Assembly (NCBI RefSeq): GCF_034097035.1
Contig: NZ_JAXBLV010000001.1
Span: forward strand, 155,848 to 187,847
DNA from: Gemmata algarum
Lineage (GTDB): Bacteria > Planctomycetota > Planctomycetia > Gemmatales > Gemmataceae
Reading direction: 5' to 3'
DNA length: 32,000 bases
Numbering within the stretch: position 1 is the stretch's first letter; each line of letters starts with the position of its first letter. The position numbers and the translations under genes are program-made. Below the pieces are notes generated by a model. The model searched no databases. It was not told where the DNA came from and saw nothing but the letters and a program-made list of their open reading frames with translations. Shown here in pieces: positions 15,705-22,086 of this stretch.

Positions 15705-17411
15705 ATGCGAGCCGCTACTTACATTCGGATGTCAACCGCCGATCAAGAGAACAGTCCCGACCGTCAACGCAACCAGATCGAGCCCTACTGCAAGTCGAAG
15801 GGGTACTCTGTAGTTCACCGCTACGAAGACTTAGGGATGCGGGGCACGGACGACTCTAGACCACAGTTCCAGAGGCTCTTGGCTGACGCTCAGAAGGGAC
15901 TGTTTGATGTGATCGTAGTAGACGAACAGTCGAGGCTCACCCGCACCGACCCTGTGGACTTCATTGCTGAGGTTGTCAGTCCGCTGCGGAATGCGAACGT
16001 GGTGATCGACACGGTGGCTAAGGGGGTCATCAACTGGAGTGATCTGGGGCAGTTCATTGTCGGCTCGGTCGCTCAGCACGCTTCCAACAACGAAGTGGCC
16101 ACTCTCAGTAGACGCGTGGTTACGGAACTGGCTCGGAAGGCCCTAAAAGGAGATGTGGTTGCGGGTAAAGCTCCCTACGGATACGAACAAGTGTGGAAGG
16201 ACTCGACGGGCAAGGTGGTTCACAGGGGTAAGAGGAACTGGACTAAGAGACCGTCAGGGTGGGAACCGACTCTGGAAGTGAAAGAGGAAGAGGCGAAGGT
16301 GGTGAGGTGGATCTACGAGGCTTACACGACAGGGGGGCTGACTCTCAAGGGGATCACTAACGACCTACACAACCAAGGCACTCCATCTCCAAAGGGTGGA
16401 AAGTTCTGGAACCGGGCTCAGATCCGCAACATTCTCACTAACCGAGTCTACACGGGGGATTTCGTCTTCAACCGCGTGTCCGTCGGTGGGTTTCACAAGT
16501 TGGGGTGGGCCGGAACTGGAGAAGATCGATCCGGAGTAGCGGTCCCGAAGAAGCAGGTCAAGGGTAAAAAGGCACCGGCTACCAAGAATGCAGAGGAGGA
16601 TTGGGTAATCGTTCCAGACCACCACCCGGCTCTCGTTACCAAGGAACAGTGGGAACAGGCTCAGGTCGCATTGAAGACCAACAGAGACCGGTGCAACCCT
16701 GTGGCTGGTGGCGGGGATTACGCTCTGTCCAACGTACTAGTCTGCTCTCACTGCGGGAGTACCTTTGTTGGGGACCGCGACCGCACGGGAAAGTTCTACC
16801 TCTGTGGCGGGTACGCTCGGAATGGCATTAAGCACTGCAAGCCCTACCGCGTGGCCGAACGGAATGCCGTCGGACTGGTGGAGATGGAGTTGTACAATCA
16901 CTTCGCTTCTCCAGTGGCCCGAGAGTTGTTAAGGCAGCAGGTTGCAGGACGACAACAGAACGCCATCGACACCGATGCAGGTCAGTGTAATCGGGCGAAA
17001 CGGACCATCGCCACTTTGAATCGCAAACTGGCCACGGCTTCTCGCAACATCCTTCTTTTAGACCCAGAACGCGTTCCGGACGCACAGAACCAAATCAGGC
17101 AGTGGGAAAGCGAGAAGGTCCAAGCCTTAGCTACACTCAGTTCTTTAGTCGCACCGAAGCCGATTAAAGACCCGGATGAAGCTCTTGCTCGCCTGGAGTG
17201 CCAACTACACGCTATGCAGGAGGCAAGGACGAAGAGTAGCCCTGAGAATTTCCGAAAGCTTGCCCGTGCCTGCCTTGAGAAAGTCGAACTGAGGTTTCTC
17301 TCAACTCCTCGTGGAAAGTTGAAGAGGCACACTTTGGTCGGTGGGACGACTCACTTTAAGAACGGAGCCATCTGTACCTTCGACATCAGCCCCACAACTA
17401 AGACCAGGTGA
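15705..17411 (+). CDS. Large serine recombinase (phage-type serine integrase), 568 aa
   Basis: The N-terminal resolvase domain is AATYIRMSTADQENSPDRQRNQI...FDVIVVDEQSRLTR, with the catalytic Ser in the YIRMST context. A recombinase domain follows, then a zinc ribbon (CSHCGSTFVG...YLCGGYARNGIKHC) and a C-terminal coiled-coil-like region. I chose the ATG at 15705. Confidence 0.85.
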   Translation: MRAATYIRMSTADQENSPDRQRNQIEPYCKSKGYSVVHRYEDLGMRGTDDSRPQFQRLLADAQKGLFDVIVVDEQSRLTRTDPVDFIAEVVSPLRNANVVIDTVAKGVINWSDLGQFIVGSVAQHASNNEVATLSRRVVTELARKALKGDVVAGKAPYGYEQVWKDSTGKVVHRGKRNWTKRPSGWEPTLEVKEEEAKVVRWIYEAYTTGGLTLKGITNDLHNQGTPSPKGGKFWNRAQIRNILTNRVYTGDFVFNRVSVGGFHKLGWAGTGEDRSGVAVPKKQVKGKKAPATKNAEEDWVIVPDHHPALVTKEQWEQAQVALKTNRDRCNPVAGGGDYALSNVLVCSHCGSTFVGDRDRTGKFYLCGGYARNGIKHCKPYRVAERNAVGLVEMELYNHFASPVARELLRQQVAGRQQNAIDTDAGQCNRAKRTIATLNRKLATASRNILLLDPERVPDAQNQIRQWESEKVQALATLSSLVAPKPIKDPDEALARLECQLHAMQEARTKSSPENFRKLARACLEKVELRFLSTPRGKLKRHTLVGGTTHFKNGAICTFDISPTTKTR

Positions 17412-17455
17412 GACCAGAATTCGCGTTTGTGGGCCATTGGCTCTTTGGTGAAAAT

Positions 17456-17485
17456 CTACCTTTCTCCCAAATTCCTACTTGTATC
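17456..17485 (+). promoter_or_regulatory. Element motif copy G (CTACCTTTCTCCCAAATTCCTACTTGTATC), the most diverged copy
   Basis: It lies 57 nt upstream of the HNH endonuclease start at 17543. Confidence 0.45.
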
Positions 17486-17503
17486 TAGATCCCCTCCCCT
17501 TCA

Positions 17504-17532
17504 CCCCGGCTCCGGCTGGGGCTTTTCTATTT
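17504..17532 (+). terminator. Weak hairpin (CCCCGGC-TCCG-GCTGGGG) followed by a T-rich tract
   Basis: A 7-bp stem including one G-U pair, then CTTTTCTATTT. It could terminate recombinase transcription or act as a leader attenuator. It lies between motif G and the next gene. Confidence 0.3.
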
Positions 17533-17542
17533 ATGGAGACCT

Positions 17543-18034
17543 ATGGAAGAGATTTGGAAACCGATTCCCAATGCCGAGGGTTACGAGGTGAGTGACCTTG
17601 GTAGAGTGCGGACTTACTTTTGGCGAAAGAAGTGGTGGCCCGAGCCCCGAATCCTCTCCCTGACTCTTCACTCCGACGGGTATCTCAAGACCACCATCAA
17701 CGGCCAGACTCGCTACGTCCACCAACTCGTTCTATCAGTTTTTGGTTCAGATCCCCGACCAGGGCAGGTGGTGCGTCACAGAGGGGGAGATCCCCACGAC
17801 AACCGAGCCTGCAACCTGGAGTGGGGGAGTCGAACGGAGAACAATCAGGACACGGCTCGGCACGGAAAAGTAGCGGGGCAGAAGCTGAGCGAGGACGAGG
17901 CTTGGGGAATCAAACTGCTCCTGCACCACCAAGTTCCTGGCCCCGACGTGAAACGGATCTACCCCCACGCCAGCACCGGAATGATCTCCTGCATCAGACT
18001 CGAAAAGACTTGGCCCTATTTGACGATCAACTAA
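17543..18034 (+). CDS. HNH homing-endonuclease-like protein with NUMOD4 motif, 163 aa
   Basis: WKPIPNAEGYEVSDLGRVRT is a NUMOD4 motif. YVHQLVLSVFG...VVRHRGGDPHDNRACNLEWGSRTEN is an HNH_3-type motif. Confidence 0.75.
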   Translation: MEEIWKPIPNAEGYEVSDLGRVRTYFWRKKWWPEPRILSLTLHSDGYLKTTINGQTRYVHQLVLSVFGSDPRPGQVVRHRGGDPHDNRACNLEWGSRTENNQDTARHGKVAGQKLSEDEAWGIKLLLHHQVPGPDVKRIYPHASTGMISCIRLEKTWPYLTIN

Positions 18035-18072
18035 CTCTTCCTCCTCAGCCTTCGGGTTGGGAGTTTCCCCTT

Positions 18073-18738
18073 ATGGAGACTGGCGTGACGGATGGCGACC
18101 TTCTGCTTCGAGCCGTGTTGAACAACCCCGAAGACGACACCGCTCGGTTGGTTTATGCGGACTGGCTGATCGAACACGCGGACCGCAGACGAGGCGAGTT
18201 CATTAGAGGACAGGTCGAGGCTGCGAGTGCCGGAATAGAGTGCCCACGGGAAATTTGGGATTTGCTACCGGCCGGGTTCGAGTGGCTGGGACTGCAACCG
18301 CCGGAAGAGTTCGAGATCGGTTGGGACCGTGGGTTCGTGGACTGGATCGTTTCACCTCGGCGATACATCTGGAACCGGAAGCGGCTTCAGAAACTCTTTA
18401 GTCAGCACCCGATTAAGAGTGTCGAATTGTGTGACGTGTTCCCTGCTTCCACGGACCCCACCGACCCCGAACAGTGTGGCTGGTGGCCGGGAGGGTGGAC
18501 CGTAGATGGAAAAGTGTCCGATCTCCTATTCGCTCGACTACCGGACGGGGAGATGTTCTTCTGCTGTGACGCCGGCCGGTGGACGGGCTGGTTCTTGCAG
18601 TACCCGATGTGGGACTCGGCCCGAGAGGCACTCCGAGCAGCGGTAACTTCCTACGGGCGAAGTCTGGTGGGGTTGCCGTCGAGTGCGTTTCGGCAGAAAG
18701 AAAGCAGTGGAATCCGAAAACGGAAGTCCGTGACCTGA
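18073..18738 (+). CDS. TIGR02996 repeat-companion-domain protein, 221 aa
   Basis: The N-terminus DLLLRAVLNNPEDDTARLVYADWLIEHADRRRGEFIRGQ is a close match to the TIGR02996 signature known from Gemmata. ATG at 18073. The upstream part of ORF 17620..18738 overlaps the HNH gene and is discounted. Confidence 0.75.
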   Translation: METGVTDGDLLLRAVLNNPEDDTARLVYADWLIEHADRRRGEFIRGQVEAASAGIECPREIWDLLPAGFEWLGLQPPEEFEIGWDRGFVDWIVSPRRYIWNRKRLQKLFSQHPIKSVELCDVFPASTDPTDPEQCGWWPGGWTVDGKVSDLLFARLPDGEMFFCCDAGRWTGWFLQYPMWDSAREALRAAVTSYGRSLVGLPSSAFRQKESSGIRKRKSVT

Positions 18739-18885
18739 AATTTTTGCCGATCCGGCACGCTGGGGGTGGTTCCGCGAATAGTATCCGTGGTCACTATTCC
18801 TGCTTGCCGGATCTCTTTCACTCGGGTATCGTTGGTGGTGCTTTCCGGTCCGAAACCGTCACGAAACCCCTGAAAAACAAGGCAA

Positions 18886-18966
18886 TGGCCAAGGTGGGAC
18901 TCGAACCCACACAGGTTGCCCCGCTCGATTTTGAGTCGAGTGCGTCTGCCATTCCGCCACTTGGCC
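18886..18966 (-). tRNA. tRNA-Leu, anticodon CAA, 81 nt, CCA not encoded
   Basis: The reverse complement is GGCCAAGTGGCGGAATGGCAGACGCACTCGACTCAAAATCGAGCGGGGCAACCTGTGTGGGTTCGAGTCCCACCTTGGCCA. It folds with a 7-bp acceptor stem (GGCCAAG/CTTGGCC), anticodon stem CTCGA/TCGAG with loop CTCAAAA, a long variable arm and a GTTCGAGTC T-loop. Confidence 0.9.
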
Positions 18967-19324
18967 TGAGCCCTTAATGTATGGGCTTTTTGCGACGTGA
19001 GCCAGAGCAAAGCAGCGGGAAGGTTTCGGAAGTTGACCGAACGGACTTCACCAACTCCGGCCGCCACTTCCGATCGCCGCCACCGCTTTCGCGGTGCAGG
19101 CACACGTTCGTAACTGACGGGGTTAACGGTTCTTACAGTAACGGGGCCGCGGTCGGGGTGATGACCATCCGGGGCCGAGTGACACGCGACACGGCCGTTC
19201 TTCCGACCGGCTGCGGTTCAAAGCTTCAGGAAGTCGCGGTCGGCGTCGTCGGTGTCATCAGCCGGGAAGGCGACGGGGCCGTCGAGCCGAGTGATACCGA
19301 ATCCGATTGAAGAGTCACTGCTTC

Positions 19325-19395
19325 CTGTAGCCGGCCTCTGTGAGGCGGGTGCGACATGACCGAGGTAGCGCCGGCCTCACAGAGGCCGGCTACAG
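19325..19395. repeat. Perfect 22-bp inverted repeat (arms 19325-19346 and 19374-19395) with a 27-nt loop
   Basis: CTGTAGCCGGCCTCTGTGAGGC and its exact reverse complement, verified base by base. Confidence 0.9.
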
Positions 19396-19431
19396 AATAC
19401 GGCGTGGATACGGATCAATCGGATTCTAGTA

Positions 19432-19639
19432 GTTTCAAGTTCGCGCCGGACTGGGGTTCTGGCCTTTGAGTGTGGTCCGCTCACTCCGTGAGCGGCCGCG
19501 CCGCGCACCAGATTAGCTCCGCGAGCTTGCTGGCCCCGTCGTTGTGCGCAACGCGAATCCGATACCCGGCGCAACCGCTCACGGAGTGAGCGGACCACAC
19601 TCAGAACCAGTGCGCGGGTACTACACGCCAACTTGAAAC
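19432..19639. repeat. MITE-like structure with long imperfect terminal inverted repeats and a perfect 29-bp core
   Basis: The perfect arms are 19467-19495 (TGAGTGTGGTCCGCTCACTCCGTGAGCGG) and 19575-19603. Similarity extends outward to GTTTCAAGTT (19432) and AACTTGAAAC (19639). Each arm contains its own small palindrome (CCGCTCAC-TCC-GTGAGCGG). There is no coding capacity. Confidence 0.5.
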
Positions 19640-20258
19640 GACCGGACACGTATGACCGCTTCACGTAACTCGGTGCCAACGGTGCAACCCCTATCGAGCC
19701 GGCGTGACTGGTATGCGGCGCAACAGGGTTGCGTTTTCCGCGGAAGCTCCGCTCCACAACCAGGCACGAGTAGCAGCGGACGGGCCGTCCACGGTCCCAG
19801 GGAAAACCACCCCTGACCTGTGGTTCGGCGGCTAGAACCGACCCGCGGCGCTGTAACGGGGGTGACAGCGTACCAGTTGCCGCCGACTCCTCTCCCGCTG
19901 GGTCGTCCGCTGCCGATCGACTACCCAATCGCTGGGGTGCCGCTACCACCGAATCCCGGGCTTTTGCACGGGGGCCGAGTCCGCTGAGCCAGACGAGTTC
20001 GGCACGACGGACACAGCGCAATGTATTGCATGGCAATCGCTTGCGGCTATCGAATCGATCCAACAGCAAGACGAAGCCGGCGTAAACGGGGTGTCGGTTC
20101 GGCTGCAAACGGCTGGTGCGGCGGGAGGAAAACTGCCGGAAGCTCCAAATGCGGGGATGAGGGTCCTGAAATGCGCAATGTGCTGACTCGATGGCGCCGG
20201 GGTCAGGCGGGCACGGGGACGCCGCCGGCGGGCTCTGCCATCGGACGAATAGCGGCTC

Positions 20259-21122
20259 CTATGCCTCCGGTATCATCACAACGAAATGGCGTGTGACCCA
20301 TGCCCCGACCGACACGAATAGCACCACGCCAACGGACCAGACGGGCAGCAAAGCCAGGGGTATCAGAATCCCCACGACAGCTACCAGAACCCCGCCGCCC
20401 CAGAGTTGCGCCCGGGGGTAGCGTCGAACGAGTTCCGGCCGAAGTTCACGCACGAGACACAGCAGCGGCACAACCTGCACGACGACCAGCGCCGCCACCG
20501 CCGGGCGAAGCAAGCTCGCCGCAGGGTCGTGACCGATGCCGGCCGCCAGACCCAGTAGCGCCGCGCTGCCGAGCGCCAGGGCCGACGCGACGTGATACGC
20601 ACCGAGCCAGCGGGCGTCACGCCATCCGGGCTGCGAACTCGTGCTGAACAACACGCCCTTGTAAGCCATCGACCCAAACGCGAACGGCAGTGCGAGTACG
20701 GTCATCACCGTCCGCCCGACTGCGAGGACCGAAGAATCGGTCGGGATCGCGCCGAGGAGGCCCAGAACGTCGGTGACGGCGAGTGCCGCGAGCGGGAACG
20801 AATAGAGCGTCAGACACCATGTACCGAGCGACATCGGCGAACTCGGCTTGAACACCCGGAGCATGTGGTGGAAGCGGAGCGGGTCACCCAGGTCGAGCAC
20901 CAGCAGCAGAAGGTCGATGAGCAAAAAGACGAGTGCCAACGGGTACGCCCAGGCCGCGACCGGCGCGAACGCAGCCGGCCGCGTCAGCTCGCCAACCGCA
21001 ACCGTCAGGAAGAGACCCGTGGTCAGCGCGTTGAAGAAGACATCCCAGACGACCAGCCCGTGCCACGGCGGCGCGTGCGTCGGTTCCTCGCTGGCGTACC
21101 CCGGTGCGGCGGACGTGGTCAT
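20259..21122 (-). CDS. NrfD/PsrC-type integral membrane quinone-interacting subunit, 287 aa
   Basis: Polytopic hydrophobic protein. It is the last gene of the molybdopterin oxidoreductase operon and starts 4 nt after the Fe-S subunit stop. Confidence 0.65.
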   Translation of the reverse strand: MTTSAAPGYASEEPTHAPPWHGLVVWDVFFNALTTGLFLTVAVGELTRPAAFAPVAAWAYPLALVFLLIDLLLLVLDLGDPLRFHHMLRVFKPSSPMSLGTWCLTLYSFPLAALAVTDVLGLLGAIPTDSSVLAVGRTVMTVLALPFAFGSMAYKGVLFSTSSQPGWRDARWLGAYHVASALALGSAALLGLAAGIGHDPAASLLRPAVAALVVVQVVPLLCLVRELRPELVRRYPRAQLWGGGVLVAVVGILIPLALLPVWSVGVVLFVSVGAWVTRHFVVMIPEA

Positions 21123-21126
21123 GAAT

Positions 21127-22086
21127 TCACCCGCCCAGAAGGAACGCGAGGAGCAGCGCCACCAGCCCGACCAACCCCGCGAGCGCCGAGCGCAGGTAGT
21201 CGCCGCGCATGTGCAGCCACGGGTTCACCGGGTCGGCCGGCAAGCCGTACACCTCCGGGCGGTCGGTGAGCAGGTAGAAGGAGTGCAGTTCGGTGTAGGT
21301 CTCCGTCGCCTCGGCCCCGTACAGGTACGCCGGCACGCCCTTCGCCTTCAATTGCTCCACGCGATTTTGTGCCCGCTCGCGCAACTCGCTCACCGGCCCG
21401 AACTGGATCGACGCGGTGGGACACGCCTTCGCGCACGCCGGCACCAGGCCGTCGCGCTGCCGGTCGTAGCACAGCGTGCATTTGTGCGAGTGGCCGTCGA
21501 AGTGGCTCCGGGTGATGACCCCGAACGGGCACGCGGCGACGCAGTACGCGCACCCGTTGCAGATGTCCGGCTGGATGTACACGTTGGCGAACTCGGTGTA
21601 CACGATCGAGCCCGTCGGGCACGCCTGCTGGCACGGGGCCGCCGCGCAGTGCTTGCACACGTCGGACATCATCAGCCACCGGCCGAAATCGACCGGCGGT
21701 TGCGAAACGGGGGCGGTGACGACTTCCAGAGGGAACCGCTGCGGCGCCGGCGCGACCGGCTCGGGGGTCGTGAACTGCTCGATGAACTTCACGTGCCGCC
21801 ACGTGTCGCCGGTCAGCGCGCCGGTGTTGTCGTAGCTGTTGCCGGTGAACGTGAACCCGTCGGCCGGGAGCTGGTTCCACTGCTTGCACGCCACCTCGCA
21901 CGCCTTACAGCCGATGCACACCGTCGTATCGGTGTAGAACCCGGTGGGCGGCTGCTGCGCGGGCCGGACGCCGCGGCGGAACGGGTACGTCAGCCGGTGC
22001 AACAGCTTGGCGAAGAGGCCGCGGGGCGCCGGAGTCGCATCGACACCCGCGGGGTGCGCCGGCAGTTCCAGCTCTCTAACCGCCAT
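21127..22086 (-). CDS. Formate dehydrogenase-N-type 4Fe-4S subunit (FdnH/FdoH-like) with C-terminal TM helix, 319 aa
   Basis: Four ferredoxin-type Cys clusters are present (CIGCKACEVAC, CKHCAAAPCQQACP, CNGCAYCVAACP, CTLC...PACAKACP), plus the C-terminal anchor ALAGLVGLVALLLAFLLGG. I prefer the ATG at 22086 (MAVRELELP), which overlaps the alpha-subunit stop by 11 nt. Confidence 0.85.
   Translation of the reverse strand: MAVRELELPAHPAGVDATPAPRGLFAKLLHRLTYPFRRGVRPAQQPPTGFYTDTTVCIGCKACEVACKQWNQLPADGFTFTGNSYDNTGALTGDTWRHVKFIEQFTTPEPVAPAPQRFPLEVVTAPVSQPPVDFGRWLMMSDVCKHCAAAPCQQACPTGSIVYTEFANVYIQPDICNGCAYCVAACPFGVITRSHFDGHSHKCTLCYDRQRDGLVPACAKACPTASIQFGPVSELRERAQNRVEQLKAKGVPAYLYGAEATETYTELHSFYLLTDRPEVYGLPADPVNPWLHMRGDYLRSALAGLVGLVALLLAFLLGG

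Larger units (their letters stand above)
1..18885. mobile_element. Right-hand part of a prophage-like integrative element; left end lies outside the window and right end abuts the 3' end of tRNA-Leu
   Basis: Contains tail-fibre-like, replication, serine recombinase and HNH endonuclease genes. An element-specific 29-bp intergenic motif occurs 7 times and is absent right of the tRNA. G+C is mixed and often low compared with the uniformly GC-rich sequence after about 19000. The 3' end of a tRNA lies at the boundary. Confidence 0.6.

Noticed and set aside
3693-17485. Possibility that the repeated 29-bp motif is a CRISPR array or dispersed CRISPR repeat
   Set aside because: The copies are kilobases apart, occur in both orientations and have no regular short spacers. 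No cas genes are present.
17620-18072. N-terminal 150-aa extension of the TIGR02996 ORF (track start 17620)
   Set aside because: It overlaps the well-supported HNH gene in another frame and is Arg/Pro/Ser-rich. The TIGR02996 domain normally lies at the extreme N-terminus, which fits the ATG at 18073.
19430-19445. TTTCAAG as a possible tRNA-Sec (UCA) anticodon loop near the Sec-FDH operon
   Set aside because: The flanking bases cannot form an anticodon stem. No acceptor or T-arm (GGTTCGA) context is present.
19377-20108. 243-aa minus-strand ORF in the tRNA-to-FDH gap
   Set aside because: The translation is Arg/Ser/Ala-rich. It spans the hairpin and MITE-like repeats and has no SD or recognisable motif, so I treat it as non-coding.
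20124-20146. GAGGAAAACTGCCGGAAGCTCC, which superficially resembles the RNase P RNA P4 region (GAGGAAAGUCCGGGCUCC)
   Set aside because: The universally conserved GGAAAGUCC core is broken. The other conserved RNase P blocks (ACAGAACCCGGCUUA, AGGGUGAAA) are absent on either strand nearby.
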